Source: Alphaproteobacteria bacterium
Lineage (GTDB): Bacteria > Pseudomonadota > Alphaproteobacteria > UBA828
Assembly (NCBI GenBank): GCA_963422645.2
Contig: CAXXVO010000014.1
Span: 288,001-352,000 of the forward strand
DNA length: 64,000 nucleotides
Direction: 5' to 3'
The notes under the pieces were generated by a model. The model ran no database searches. It was given only the letters and a program-made list of their open reading frames with translations, and was not told the origin of the DNA. The position numbers were made by a program, and so were the translations under genes. Below, piece after piece: positions 30,658-41,535 of the stretch (position 1 is the first letter of the stretch; each line of letters opens with the position of its first letter).

Positions 30658-31510
30658 GCGGCCCGCATCTCGTCAGCCGGCTACGCGGGACCGCTTCGGA
30701 CCACATCGGGGAAGTCCACCGCTCGTCTCCGCCGCGCCGACCCTGGCGGTCTCAGCCAACGCCGTGACCTCGGGGTTGGAGCGTCACCGCGCGTCCCTCG
30801 CCAGAATCTGTTTCACGGCAAGTAGGCCCACTGCGACTCCCGCGGGCCGGGGAACCACGCCACCTTGACCGGCGGCGTGCCGGCCGGATGGAGGTTGGCA
30901 AGGTAGGCTCCGGTCACTTCTCCCATCGTGACCCAGGAGACGGCGGCCTTGGCGCTGATGCCGGGGTCGGCGATGTCGTTGACCACGGCGAGCACCGGAA
31001 TCTTCTCGCTGATCGCGAGCACCGCCTCGGTCAGCCCGTCGAAGCTCACCGCGCCCAGCGCCAGGATGTCCGCGTCCTGGGCGCATTCGGTGATCTGGGC
31101 AATTTGGCGTTCGAGGTTGGGGTAGCCGCCCGCCTCGACCACGCGGAGCGCGACGCCGAGCCGCTTCGCCTCCTCGACCATGCCGTAGTTGACGCTCAGC
31201 CAGTACGAATCCTTGAGGTGAGGATAGGAGGCGCAGATGCGCCATTTCTGCGACGCCCGCTCGAGGGGGCGATAGGTGATGGTCGTCGTCGGGCTGCGGA
31301 AATCGAAGGGCGGCGACCAGACTTCGAGCGCCCACTCCGAGGGGGACGCAGTAGTCTCAACCGCTTGCTGGTCAGACCCGAGCGTCGGGCCTGCGGCCAG
31401 CACCAGGCTCGCGAGGAGACCAGGAATCAGTCTTGATAGGCGCCAAAGTCTCATGGCCGGCATGATGCGGCCGATTGCCTTTTGAATCCAACCGGTGTTC
31501 TAATTTCACG

Positions 31511-34492
31511 ATGTTCGGCCGCTTCGGCATCGCAAGTCGCCTCTTCGCCTCGTTTGCGGGGGTGGCGGCTCTCTCGATCGCAGCCGGGATCATCGGCTGG
31601 GTCGTTCTGCGCAACGTCGATACCGCGCAGACCACCATCGTGGACGAGGCCATGCCGGCGATCGCCGAGGGGCGGATCATCGCCGAGACCTCGACACAGA
31701 TCGCGGCGCACGGCGCCCGGCTCGCCACTGCCGAGAGCCAGGCGGAGCGGCGGTCTCAGGCCTACTTCCTGCGGTCCACGACCGATCTGCTCTCTGCCCG
31801 CCTCGATGCGTTGGAGGGGTACGGCTTCCCCGAACAGGAAGTCGCCGAGATTCGGGGCGTGGTGTCGGCGCTCGCCGCGAACCTGGACCGGCAGGACGAG
31901 ATCGTCGCCGCGCGGATCGGGATGAATGACGTGCTGGCCGCTTCGGTCGCGCGCACGCTGGACGTGGCCGGCGAACTCTCCGCGCTCTCCGAGACTCTCA
32001 CCTCCAACGCGGCGTCGGGGGCGACGGTCGTCATCTCCAATCTCTACGAGCTCGCCGAAGATACGGCGCGCCTGGCGGCCATGCTCGATGCCTTCGACCG
32101 GCTGGTCGAGGCGGATCTCTTCTTGCTGGAGCGGATGTTCGAGCTCCGGATGCGTGCCTCCGAGCAGGGGCTGCTGCTGAACCAGCTCGGCCGCGCGCGG
32201 GACGCCGGCGAGATCGCGTGGATCGAGGAGCGCTACAGCGGCAACCTCCGCATCCTCGTGCGCCGGGTGGCCCTGATCGACGACCCGATCCGCCGGGAGC
32301 AGGGGGAGGGGCTGGTCGCCGCGCTGTCGTCCGACGGGCCGCCCGGCACCTTGGGCCTCTTCGACCAGCGCCGCCGGACGCTGGACCTCGATGCGGCGCT
32401 CGCCGCCTTGGCAGACGACAACCGCGCGTTGACCGACCGGATGAACGAGGGAGTCGCCGCGGTCGTCTCCCGCTCTCAGCAGATCGCCGCCGACGCGGCC
32501 GAGGCGGCGGACAGCGCGGTTGAGTTCGGCGGTCTCACCGTCCTGCTCCAGATCGTGCTTTTTATTGCCATCGCGGGCGCCATCGCCTGGCTCTACGTGC
32601 ATCGCAACCTCGTCCACCGACTCAAGGCGCTGCATCGGGTCATGCAGAGCCTTGCGGCGGGGCGACTGGACGTGGCGGTGCCGACCGGGGGGCGGGACGA
32701 GCTCTCCGACATGGCCGATACCCTGCGCGTCTTCCGCGACCAGGGGAACGTCAAGCAGGAGCTCGAGGAGGAGCGCGAACGGACCAATGCCGAGCTGCGG
32801 CAGCAAAGGGAGGAGTTGGAGCGCCATAAGGAGGAGCTGGAAAGGCTGGTCGCGGAACGAACCGCGCAGTTGACCGAAGCCAATGCGCGGCTGGTCGAGG
32901 AGGTGCAGAACCACGACCGCGCCCGTGCCCACGCCGAGCAGGCGAGCCGCGCCAAGTCGGAGTTCCTCGCCACCATGAGCCACGAGATCCGCACACCGAT
33001 GAACGGGGTTCTCGGCATGCTGCGGCTCATGGCCGACGGCCCTTTGAACGAGCGGCAGCGCCAGCGGGTCATGCGCTCGTCGAGCGAAATCCTGCTCGGC
33101 ATTCTCAACGACATCCTCGACTACTCGCGGGTCGAATCCGGCGAGATCGAGGTCGAGAGCGCGGTCTTCGACCTGCACGAGCTGGTCGAGGACATCGTGG
33201 TGCTGATGCAGGGGCGCGCCAGGGAGAAGAACCTCGCCCTGTACCTGGCGATTGCGAAGGGTGTGCCGGCGGCGGTGACCGGCGATCGCCAGAAGCTGAG
33301 CCAGGTGCTGCTAAACCTGCTCGGCAACGGCATCAAGTTCACGGACCGGGGCGCGGTCACGCTCGAGGTCGCGAAGGGAGCGGAGCCCGATGCGATCCGC
33401 TTGGCCGTCCGGGACACCGGCCCCGGCATCGCCGAGGCCGACCTCGCTCACCTCTTCGAGCCCTTCTATCAGGCGGCCGCATCGCGCCGGCACGGGCAGC
33501 AGACCGGCACCGGGCTCGGCTTGGCCATTTCCAAGCGTCTGAGCACGGCGATGGGGGGGCACATCGCGGTGGAGACGGAGCCGGGGGACGGCAGCTGCTT
33601 CTCCGTGACGCTGCCGCTGCCGCAGGGCGAAGCCGTCGCCCTGCCGCCGGTCGAGGCGATGCCGCACAGGGTGTCGGGGCCGGAGCGGGCGCTGGATGTC
33701 CTCATCGTCGAGGACAACGTGGTGAACGCCATGGTGGTCGAGGCCTTCATCGGCCGGATGGGTCACACGCCGCTCGTCGCGCCCACCGCGGAAGAGGGGC
33801 TCGAGCTCCTGGAGGAGCAGGCCTTCGATCTCGTTCTCATGGACATCAGCCTTCCGGGCATCGACGGCATCGAGGCGACGCAGCGCATCCGGGCCCACGC
33901 CGATGCGGCGATCCGCTCGCTGCCGGTCATCGCCATGTCGGCCCACGTGTTCGACAACGAGGTCGCCCAGCACCTGCAGTCCGGGATGGATGCCTTCATC
34001 GGCAAGCCCATCGCACCCGACGGCCTGGCGCAAACCATCACCAGCGTGCTCGGGCGCACGCCCGGCGAGCGTGCGGCCATTGACGGCGGCCGTGCGGCGA
34101 GCGGAGGGGAGTCGATTATCGACCCCGCCGTTCTCGCGCAGGATCGTGCGGTGCTGGGGGCGGAGCGCGGCACCCTGATGGTCGATACCTTTATCGAGAC
34201 GGCGCCGGCGCAGATCGACGGCATCAGAGAGGCGCTGGCCGACGGGCGGTGCCAGAGGGCGGCGGACCTCGCCCACGCGCTGAGAGGAGCCGCCGGCAGC
34301 CTCGGTCTGCGCCGCCTCGCGGACCGCTGCGGCGTGCTCGAAGCGCGCGCCCGCACCCCGGAGGCGGTGGCAGTTGCCGAGGAGCTGGACCGTTTATTCG
34401 ACGAATCGCGCGAGGCGCTGCTGACGCTCTGGGCGGGCCTCGAAACAGCCGAGCGTGAGGGTCAGGTGGTGACCGCCGGGGTGAACAGGTAA
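31511..34492 (+). CDS. torS: TorS-like hybrid sensor histidine kinase
   Basis: Periplasmic domain, HAMP, MSHEIRTP, NGIKFT, receiver LMDISLP, HPt AHALRGAA; flanked by torT and torR. Confidence 0.85.
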   Translation: MFGRFGIASRLFASFAGVAALSIAAGIIGWVVLRNVDTAQTTIVDEAMPAIAEGRIIAETSTQIAAHGARLATAESQAERRSQAYFLRSTTDLLSARLDALEGYGFPEQEVAEIRGVVSALAANLDRQDEIVAARIGMNDVLAASVARTLDVAGELSALSETLTSNAASGATVVISNLYELAEDTARLAAMLDAFDRLVEADLFLLERMFELRMRASEQGLLLNQLGRARDAGEIAWIEERYSGNLRILVRRVALIDDPIRREQGEGLVAALSSDGPPGTLGLFDQRRRTLDLDAALAALADDNRALTDRMNEGVAAVVSRSQQIAADAAEAADSAVEFGGLTVLLQIVLFIAIAGAIAWLYVHRNLVHRLKALHRVMQSLAAGRLDVAVPTGGRDELSDMADTLRVFRDQGNVKQELEEERERTNAELRQQREELERHKEELERLVAERTAQLTEANARLVEEVQNHDRARAHAEQASRAKSEFLATMSHEIRTPMNGVLGMLRLMADGPLNERQRQRVMRSSSEILLGILNDILDYSRVESGEIEVESAVFDLHELVEDIVVLMQGRAREKNLALYLAIAKGVPAAVTGDRQKLSQVLLNLLGNGIKFTDRGAVTLEVAKGAEPDAIRLAVRDTGPGIAEADLAHLFEPFYQAAASRRHGQQTGTGLGLAISKRLSTAMGGHIAVETEPGDGSCFSVTLPLPQGEAVALPPVEAMPHRVSGPERALDVLIVEDNVVNAMVVEAFIGRMGHTPLVAPTAEEGLELLEEQAFDLVLMDISLPGIDGIEATQRIRAHADAAIRSLPVIAMSAHVFDNEVAQHLQSGMDAFIGKPIAPDGLAQTITSVLGRTPGERAAIDGGRAASGGESIIDPAVLAQDRAVLGAERGTLMVDTFIETAPAQIDGIREALADGRCQRAADLAHALRGAAGSLGLRRLADRCGVLEARARTPEAVAVAEELDRLFDESREALLTLWAGLETAEREGQVVTAGVNR

Positions 34493-35166
34493 CCCTCACC
34501 GTGCGCGGTCACGATGATCTCGGGGTTTTTCGGATTCTGCTCGATCTTCCGCCGGAGCCGTCGGATCAGGACGTCGATGGTCCGATCGCCCGGCTCCCAT
34601 GACCGGTGAGTGATCAACCCGAGCAGGCGTTCCCGCGATAGCACCTGGCCCGGATGATCCACCAGGGCCGCGAGCAACTCGTGCTCGGCCCGGGTCAGCT
34701 GCACGGTCTCGCCTTGTGGCGAGACCAGCTTGCGGGCCGCCGTCGAGAACTCCCAGCCGGCGAAGCGCCGCCCCGGGGAGGGCTCCCGCGTGCCTTCCTT
34801 GGCGCGGCGCAGGACGCTCTTGACGCGCGCGAGCAGCTCCCGCGGGTTGAAGGGCTTGGTGATGTAGTCGTCGGCACCGATCTCCAGGCCGAGGATCCGG
34901 TCCACTTCGTCGTCGCGCACCGTGACCAGGATAATCCCGACGTTGCTCTGTGCTCTCAGCTTGCGGGTCAGATCGAGGCCGTCTTCGCGCGGCAGGTTGA
35001 TGTCGAGCAGGATGAGATCGGCGGCATCCTTCTCGAGGATGCGCCACATGCCCTGGCCGTCCTCCGCCTCGCTCACCCGATGGCCTGCCGCTTGGGCATA
35101 GCCGGCGAGCTTGGTGCGGGTCACGGCGTCGTCCTCGACCACGACGATATGAAAGGGGTCGGTCAT
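34462..35166 (-). CDS. torR: TorR/ArcA-like OmpR family response regulator
   Basis: VVEDD, LLDINLP, DYITKPF, RTIDVLIRRLRRKIE, HGEGY. Confidence 0.8.
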   Translation of the reverse strand: MTDPFHIVVVEDDAVTRTKLAGYAQAAGHRVSEAEDGQGMWRILEKDAADLILLDINLPREDGLDLTRKLRAQSNVGIILVTVRDDEVDRILGLEIGADDYITKPFNPRELLARVKSVLRRAKEGTREPSPGRRFAGWEFSTAARKLVSPQGETVQLTRAEHELLAALVDHPGQVLSRERLLGLITHRSWEPGDRTIDVLIRRLRRKIEQNPKNPEIIVTAHGEGYLFTPAVTT

Positions 35167-35195
35167 CTCCGGGCCCCGCGCCTCGATCTCCTCTG

Positions 35196-35260
35196 CATTT
35201 TCACATCTTTCATGAACTTTTACAGGCTGTTTATCGCAAGGGTGTGTCTTGTTCACAACG
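35196..35260 (+). promoter_or_regulatory. tor-box-like direct repeats upstream of torR
   Basis: TTCACA/TTCATG/TTTACA/TTTATC/TTCACA at about 10-11 and 22 bp spacing, resembling E. coli CTGTTCATAT boxes. Confidence 0.45.
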
Positions 35261-35309
35261 CCCCTCTAGGCTTGCAAGCTCGGAGCGGGATCCCCCGCAC
35301 GATAGCATG

Positions 35310-37232
35310 CCTGACTTCGACGGTTGATTCGCGTAAGTATTTGAAATTGGCCGGTTCTCATTTCCGGCCAGGCACTACATCCGGCGGCGCTGCGAGACCG
35401 GGCCGGGTTTCGTCGGCGGTCAGTCGAGCTGGTACGGGGTGATCGTCAGGGGCAGCCCCATGGTCGCATAGATCTGTTCCGCCGCCGGTGTCGGCTTGGA
35501 GGGGATGACGTAGCGGTTGCCTGATTGGCGGCAGCGCAGGACCGAGCATTGGCGGTGGACGAGGGCGGAGCGGATGACTTCCGGGGACATCCGCCGCTTC
35601 TGGATGGCGACGCGGTAGGCGAGGTGGCGGACGCAGGCGAAGGCCATGAAGGCGATGGCGATGTGGGCGCGGATCCGGTCCGGGTTCCAGTGCCAGATGG
35701 GGCGCACCCGCAGGTCGTGCTTGGTGATCCGGAAGCTCTCCTCGACCTGCCAGAGCCCGTGGTAGTGAGACATCACTTCGGTGACGCTGGCGTCGCGCAG
35801 ATTGGTGATGACGCCGGCGAGCCCGTCCCATCGCTCGGCCTCGGCGATCTTCTCCGGGTTCACCGTGAGCCGGGCTTCGCCCTCGACGGCGATGAAGCGC
35901 TTCGCCCCGTGATTGGAGAGCAGCTCCTTCGGATTGTCGCTGCGGGCCAGCCTGTCGAGCAGGCGCTCCACCTGCTTGCGGCGCTCGTGTGCGTCCGTGC
36001 GCGCGCGCACGGGGCAGAAGACGACGATCAGGCGCCGGCCCTTGTGCTCCCATTCGCCGACCCGGCGCTTCTCCGGGCCCTCCAGCGGGGCATAGGTGCC
36101 CGGGTCGAGAATCTGCTTCCGCAGCGCGAGCGGCAGCTTGCGCAGCCGCGCGCCGACGACGTACTCGCCGCCGATCGTGTCCATGGCGTCGAGGTTGTCG
36201 GCGCTCAGCATGCCCCGGTCGGCCACGCACACCGTGCGCTCCACCTGGTGGCGGCGCTGCATGTCCTGCAAGACCGGGACCAGGCTGTGCCCCTCGTAGG
36301 TGGCGCCGGGAAAGACCTCGTAGCCGATCGGCAGCCCTTCGCGCGTCACCATCAATGCCAGCAGGACCTGCGAGTCCTTGTGCTTGCCGTCCTTGCTGAA
36401 GCCGTGCTGGCGAAGCTCGTCCTCAACCGCGGTCTCGAAGTAGAGCGTGGTGCAATCGAAGAAGAGGAGCGCGACCGGCTCCGGCAGCAGCGATCGGCTC
36501 GCCTCGCCCACCTGCGTGCGCAGACGCTCGATCACGGTCGCGCCGAGTTGGTCCATCATGCGGTAGACCTTCTCAAGGGGAAGGCTCACGCCGAAGTCCT
36601 CCTCGAGCCGGCGCACGCTGCCCCGCTTGCTGTCGGGGTTGGCGATGCGTGCCATCACCACGTGGAACAGCGCGTCGTGCGAGGCCCGGTAGCGCGATCG
36701 CGGCAGCAGCGCATCGAGGCCCAGCAGGCGGTACATCTCGCCGTAGACCTCGTGGACGCCAGTGATCAGGCGCTGCTCCTCTTCGAGTTGCTTGAGATCG
36801 ACCGGGAGTTCCTGCTTGCCGTCGCCCTGGCGTCCGACGCGGATCACCTGGTCTGCGATCTTCTCGGGCGCAAACAGCAAAGGCTGGCGCTGGTCCTCCA
36901 GCTTCGCCTTGACGTACTCGCCGAGCTGCCTCAGGCGCTCGAGCTCGTCCTCGTCCATGGCCACGCCGATGTGGCGAACGATGCGCTGTCGGACCTTGCC
37001 GCCGTCGCGCACGGCCTCGACGAGCTGGACCGAGCGTCGCGGGCTGTTGGGCGTGGTCTTGATGCGAACGAACACGGGGAAAGTGTAGCGCGCGGCGGGG
37101 GTATCGACAACCACATATACCTACTAGGCACTACAAAGCGGCTTGACCGCACCGCAACTTCTAAGTCATTGTCTTTGCAGAAAACTCCAGACGGGAGATC
37201 AGCCAAAATCCGGCCCAACCGTCGAAGTCAGG
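35310..37232 (-). mobile_element. IS1634 family element
   Basis: 16-bp IRs CCTGACTTCGACGGTT/AACCGTCGAAGTCAGG; no TSD. Confidence 0.9.
35420..37075 (-). CDS. IS1634 transposase
   Basis: FFDCTTLYFE, GFSKDGK, VADRGM, YHGLWQVEESFRITK, RPIWHW. Confidence 0.92.
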   Translation of the reverse strand: MFVRIKTTPNSPRRSVQLVEAVRDGGKVRQRIVRHIGVAMDEDELERLRQLGEYVKAKLEDQRQPLLFAPEKIADQVIRVGRQGDGKQELPVDLKQLEEEQRLITGVHEVYGEMYRLLGLDALLPRSRYRASHDALFHVVMARIANPDSKRGSVRRLEEDFGVSLPLEKVYRMMDQLGATVIERLRTQVGEASRSLLPEPVALLFFDCTTLYFETAVEDELRQHGFSKDGKHKDSQVLLALMVTREGLPIGYEVFPGATYEGHSLVPVLQDMQRRHQVERTVCVADRGMLSADNLDAMDTIGGEYVVGARLRKLPLALRKQILDPGTYAPLEGPEKRRVGEWEHKGRRLIVVFCPVRARTDAHERRKQVERLLDRLARSDNPKELLSNHGAKRFIAVEGEARLTVNPEKIAEAERWDGLAGVITNLRDASVTEVMSHYHGLWQVEESFRITKHDLRVRPIWHWNPDRIRAHIAIAFMAFACVRHLAYRVAIQKRRMSPEVIRSALVHRQCSVLRCRQSGNRYVIPSKPTPAAEQIYATMGLPLTITPYQLD

Positions 37233-37315
37233 GAACTTCCGGCCATTCTGGCCAAGAGCGCGAGATCAACAGAGCGTCGGTTGTCAAGTGCCACATCTAG
37301 ATGCCATCGAATATG

Positions 37316-38036
37316 GTAACTGCCCAGGTCGTCTGATTTGTCATTTTGGGCCAGTGGATTGAGGCGTTTCTCGTTCGGAGTTGGTGGAAAGGGCTTGACG
37401 GGAATTTCGGGAAATGACTCAACAACGACATGAGCAATCCCGAGTCGCCGCGCGGCCCTTCGACGGGAGCAGCGCCCGAAACGCCCGCGCAGAAGATCGC
37501 CCGCCTGGAGGAGGAGAACGCCCGGCTTCGGGAGGAAAATGCCTGGCTTCGGCAGCAGAACGCGCGGCTGGAAGAGCAAGTCGCGCGTCTCGTCGAGCGC
37601 ATCGAGGAGTTGGAGCGCCGTCTCGGCCTCAACAGCGGCAACAGCGGCAAGCCGCCTTCGAGCGATGGGCTGAGGAAGCCGAATTCGAAGCGGCGAACCC
37701 GAAGCCTGCGCGGCAAATCGGGCCGCAAGCCCGGTGGCCAGCCCGGCCACAAGGGCAAGACGCTGCGCCGCGCCGATCACCCGGATCGGGTGAAGGATCA
37801 CGTCCCGGCTTCCTGCAAGGGATGCGGTTCGCCGCTTTCGGACGCGGCCAGGGCGGGAACGCCCGTCGCCCGCCAGGTGTTCGATCTGCCCGAGCCGAGC
37901 CCCCTGGAGGTGACCGAGCACCGGGCGCATGCCAAGTGCTGCGGGCATTGCGGGACGGTGACCCGGGCGGCGTTCCCCGACGGGGTGTCGGCGCCGGTGC
38001 AGTACGGCCCGCGCATTGCCGGGGTGGCGGTCTACC
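37316..38036 (+). mobile_element. IS66-A copy 3 (5' part), truncated by IS21
   Basis: Left IR at 37316, matches copy 1. Confidence 0.92.
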
Positions 38037-38127
38037 TGTCAATCGGCTTTCAATACTGACCCCCGATCGGCGTGCAAAATTGACCCCCCTGAGTGGCAAC
38101 CGGGCCGCAAGGGAGGCCGGCGGCGGG

Positions 38128-38856
38128 TCAGGAGCGGTTCTTGAAGCGCCAGCTCTCGTTGCCGGTCTCGATGATCTCGCAATGATGGGTGAGGCGATCG
38201 AGCAGCGCTGTGGTCATCTTGGGGTCGCCGAAGACGGATGGCCATTCGCCGAAGGCGAGGTTTGTGGTGATGACGATCGAGGTGCGCTCGTAGAGCCGGC
38301 TCATCAGATGGAAGAGCAGCTGCCCACCGGCCTGGGCGAAGGGCAGGTAGCCGAGCTCGTCGAGGATGACGAAGTCGCGGCGGACGAGCTGGTCTGCAGT
38401 GCGGCCCTGGCGTCCGGCGCGAAGCTCGGCCTCGAGGAGGTTGACCAGGTCGACGACGTTGTAGCACCGGCCGCGCGCGCCCTTGCGGATGCAGGACCGC
38501 GCGATGGCGACGGCGAGATGGGTCTTGCCGGTACCGGTGCCGCCGACCAGCACGATGTTGCGTTTGCCCTCGAGGAAGCCGCCGCCGGCGAGCTCCTGGA
38601 TCAGGGGCTCGTTGACCGGCGAGGCGGCGAAGTCGAAGTCGGCCAGCTCCTTGACCGTCGGCAGCTTGGCGGAGGCCATCTGGTACTTGATCGAGCGGGC
38701 CCTCTTGTCGGCGATCTCGACCTGCAGCAGCGTACCGATGATCTGTTGCACCGGATGGCGGCGCTTGAGCCCGTCGGCAAGGATGTCGTCGTAAGCGGCG
38801 CGCATACCTGCGAGCTTCAGCTGGGTCATCATCTCCAGCACATCATGACGCTCCAT
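38128..38856 (-). CDS. istB: IS21 helper ATPase IstB
   Basis: Identical protein to 24178..24906. Confidence 0.95.
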   Translation of the reverse strand: MERHDVLEMMTQLKLAGMRAAYDDILADGLKRRHPVQQIIGTLLQVEIADKRARSIKYQMASAKLPTVKELADFDFAASPVNEPLIQELAGGGFLEGKRNIVLVGGTGTGKTHLAVAIARSCIRKGARGRCYNVVDLVNLLEAELRAGRQGRTADQLVRRDFVILDELGYLPFAQAGGQLLFHLMSRLYERTSIVITTNLAFGEWPSVFGDPKMTTALLDRLTHHCEIIETGNESWRFKNRS

Positions 38857-40357
38857 GACCGGCCTCCCTCAGGCTGTCGTAGCGCTGACAGTCGGCTACC
38901 GGCTTGTGGCGAAGCTGCAGGCCCTCGGGCGTCGGGATGATTGCCGGCGGTGCCGGCTGGCGCTGCCGGGCGAGGATGTTGAGCACCACGTCGGCGCTGC
39001 AGGCACCGCAGTCGAGCGTCTCGGCACAGGCCGCCTCAACCGCCTCCAGTCCGTCCTCCAGCACCGCCGCGAGCACCTTGACGAACTGCCGGTCGCCGTC
39101 GTCGTGGCCCGCGAGCCGGGTTCGCAGGCGGCCGAGCGCGTTGGGCAACTGCCAGTCCTTGAAGGGCGCGCCATTGCGTAGCGCGCCGGGCTTCCGCGTC
39201 AGGATCGGCACGTAATGCCACGGATCGTAGACGAACCGGCCGCGCCCGAAGCTGCGGGGGTGCTCGGCAACGGTCTCGCCGTCCTGGCGGATGACGATCC
39301 GATCGGCATAGGCCCGCACGTCCACCGGCCGGCCGACGGCGCGGGCCGCGACGCTGTACTGGTTGTTGTCGAAGCGCACCAGACAGGTCTTCGAGACCGA
39401 CACCTCGCTGGCATGGAAGCCGTCGAAGGGGCCGCGATACGCCATCAGGAAGGGCTGCTCCTCCTCGAACACCTGCCACACCGTCTTGCCCGGGATTGTC
39501 GGATGCGGATGCTTCTTGGCGTCCTCGATGCACCGATCCATCAGCCACTCGTTGATCTCGGCGTAGGAGCGGCCCCGCGGGATGGGCACGAACAGGCGGC
39601 CGCGAAGGTCACCCACCTGCTTCTCGACCTGCCCCTTCTCCCAGCCAGCCCCTGGCGTGCACGCCACAGGCTCCACCAGATGGTGCGAGCACAGCTCCTG
39701 GAAGCGGCGGTTGTAGTCCCGCTTCTTGCCCACGAAGATCGTGCTCACCGCCGTCTTCATGTTGTCGTAGATGCCCCGCCGGCAGACCCCGCCGAAGAAG
39801 CGGAAGGCACGCTCGTGCGCCTCGAAGACCATCTCCTGGCTCTCGCGGGGAAAGATCTGGACCAGATACATCCGGCTGTGGCACAGCCGCATGTGCGCCG
39901 CCTTCACCCTGGTCGTCGCGCCCGACAGACGCGCGTACTCGTGGCTCCAGTCGAACTGGTAGGCCTCGCCGGGATCGAAGATCAGCGGCACATAGGCCTG
40001 CGCCGGCGACAACAGCCGCCACCGGCGCCGCCAGGCCCTGGCATAGCGGCGAACCGCGTCATAGCCGCCCTTGTAGCCCAGCGACACAAGGTCTTCATGA
40101 ATCCGCAGAAGAGACAGCCGATCCTTGCGTGCCTTCTTCTCGTTGGCCTTCAGCTGGCGCTCAAGCTCCTCCACCCACAGCCCAAGCTTCGGCATCGGCT
40201 GGATCTTGCGCTCGTAGCTGTGCGAGGTCGCATCGCCCCGCACCACCTTGCGTATCGTGTTCTTGGAAACCCTCAAATCCCGGGCGAGCTTCTTGATCGG
40301 AACGCCCTTCACCAGATGATCCCGACGGATCTTCGCGATCGTTTCCACAACCAGCAT
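38843..40357 (-). CDS. istA: IS21 transposase IstA
   Basis: Identical protein to 24893..26407. Confidence 0.95.
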   Translation of the reverse strand: MLVVETIAKIRRDHLVKGVPIKKLARDLRVSKNTIRKVVRGDATSHSYERKIQPMPKLGLWVEELERQLKANEKKARKDRLSLLRIHEDLVSLGYKGGYDAVRRYARAWRRRWRLLSPAQAYVPLIFDPGEAYQFDWSHEYARLSGATTRVKAAHMRLCHSRMYLVQIFPRESQEMVFEAHERAFRFFGGVCRRGIYDNMKTAVSTIFVGKKRDYNRRFQELCSHHLVEPVACTPGAGWEKGQVEKQVGDLRGRLFVPIPRGRSYAEINEWLMDRCIEDAKKHPHPTIPGKTVWQVFEEEQPFLMAYRGPFDGFHASEVSVSKTCLVRFDNNQYSVAARAVGRPVDVRAYADRIVIRQDGETVAEHPRSFGRGRFVYDPWHYVPILTRKPGALRNGAPFKDWQLPNALGRLRTRLAGHDDGDRQFVKVLAAVLEDGLEAVEAACAETLDCGACSADVVLNILARQRQPAPPAIIPTPEGLQLRHKPVADCQRYDSLREAGHGAS

Positions 40358-40685
40358 CTCCCCCACCACCCCGTCCGTCCAAACGACGAGGTGTGTTCAT
40401 GGACACAAATCCAAGGGGGTCAATTTTGGACGCCGATCACCCCCAATAGGGGGTCACTTTTCCACGCTTAACAACAGGTTTCGGGCTCGCAGGCGGCGCC
40501 GGTCGTCTCCAAGGTGCTGGAGACCGCGGCGCTCGCGCAGGAAGACGACGTGATCGCGGGCTTGCGCGCGGTGACCGAGGCCGCGCCCTTACCCGACGCG
40601 GCGGAGTAGCGCGTCATTCGCCATTGGCGGGACACCTCTATCGGCGGCCGTGGAGGCCGGGTTTCCCGGCATGATCCCTTGTATG

Positions 40686-40704
40686 GTTATCATATAGTGA
40701 TAAC
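40686..40704. promoter_or_regulatory. palindromic operator of the TA operon
   Basis: GTTATCA-TATAG-TGATAAC just before the ATG at 40713. Confidence 0.6.
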
Positions 40705-40712
40705 TTGTCGCG

Positions 40713-41084
40713 ATGCCATTTGCTGACCGTGATCGGGGTCTTGACACGCTGCTCGATCTTCACGGTCAGACGCTCTTTGTGGACAAGGCTGGACACTGGG
40801 TGAAGTTCGTCGTGGTGCGAACCGAGGTCACTCGAGAACGTCCGCACGGACTGAGTTATTCACTGACGCTGCATGCGCCGGACGGCGCCAGGCTGGTCGG
40901 ATTCGATAACGCGCATGCGGTGAGGCAGCGTCGGGGGCCGGGAACGCAGACACGCGGAGAACGCGATCACCGCCACCGACTGCGCACGATCCAGCCCTAC
41001 GAATACCGAGACGCCGCCACCCTGCTGGAGGATTTCTGGAATGAGGTGGATGGCGTTCTGAAGGAAAGGGGAGTGACCCCGTGA
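40713..41084 (+). CDS. DUF6516/TumE-like putative toxin
   Basis: PHGLSYSLTLH...RLVGFDNAH...DHRH...LLEDFWNEV. Confidence 0.75.
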   Translation: MPFADRDRGLDTLLDLHGQTLFVDKAGHWVKFVVVRTEVTRERPHGLSYSLTLHAPDGARLVGFDNAHAVRQRRGPGTQTRGERDHRHRLRTIQPYEYRDAATLLEDFWNEVDGVLKERGVTP

Positions 41085-41461
41085 AGACGTTGAGGATCGG
41101 CATCGCCAACTATGGCCGGATGAAGGCACGTACCATGGCGATCGCGCGAGGCGAGCGGAAGCCCGCGAGAGGCGAGCCGACGGTCTGGTTCACCTCTGTT
41201 GAGAGCTTTGCGAAGGTGCTCTCGCAACGCAATCGCGAGCTGCTGGCAACGATTGCGCAAGAGAAGCCGGGCTCGTTGACGGAGTTGGCAGCGCTCGCCG
41301 GGCGAAACAAGTCGAACCTGTCGCGCACGCTGAAAACCATGTCGCAATACGGGCTTGTGGAATTGAAGCAGGGGCAGCGCGGTACCCTGATCCCGCGGGT
41401 CCCCTACGATCAGGTGAGCCTGGACGTGTCGTTGACTTCGGCCCCGCGGCACGCTGCGTGA
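41081..41461 (+). CDS. HTH putative antitoxin (HVO_A0114/MarR-like)
   Basis: PGSLTELAALAGRNKSNLSRTLKTM HTH; GTGA overlap with the upstream gene. Confidence 0.75.
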   Translation: MKTLRIGIANYGRMKARTMAIARGERKPARGEPTVWFTSVESFAKVLSQRNRELLATIAQEKPGSLTELAALAGRNKSNLSRTLKTMSQYGLVELKQGQRGTLIPRVPYDQVSLDVSLTSAPRHAA

Positions 41462-41535
41462 ACCGGCAGGAACGCAGAGGCCGGCAATCCCTGCATTGTC
41501 CCTGCTGCCCCGCTGCGGGCGACGGCGGCCTGGCC

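Larger units (their letters stand above)
29052..30821 (+). mobile_element. IS110 family element, copy 1 (1770 bp including both AA cores)
   Basis: Same sequence as the reverse complement of 48078..49847; ends defined by comparing both flanks; no TSD beyond the core. Confidence 0.95.
28586..31463 (-). pseudogene. torT: periplasmic TMAO sensor TorT interrupted by IS110
   Basis: YPHLKDSYWLSVNYGM motif; removing the IS110 restores in-frame SQWAYFVEEGF; divergent from torS. Confidence 0.9.
38037..40476 (-). mobile_element. IS21 family element, copy 2 (111 bp shorter)
   Basis: Same ends and ORFs as copy 1; lacks the hairpin downstream of istB. Confidence 0.93.

Noticed and set aside
37233-37315. 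83-bp spacer with a CATCTAGATG palindrome between two IS
   Set aside because: Probably a stranded promoter fragment; too short to assign
40477-40608. Gene 3' fragment after IS21 copy 2
   Set aside because: About 43 codons with no recognisable motif
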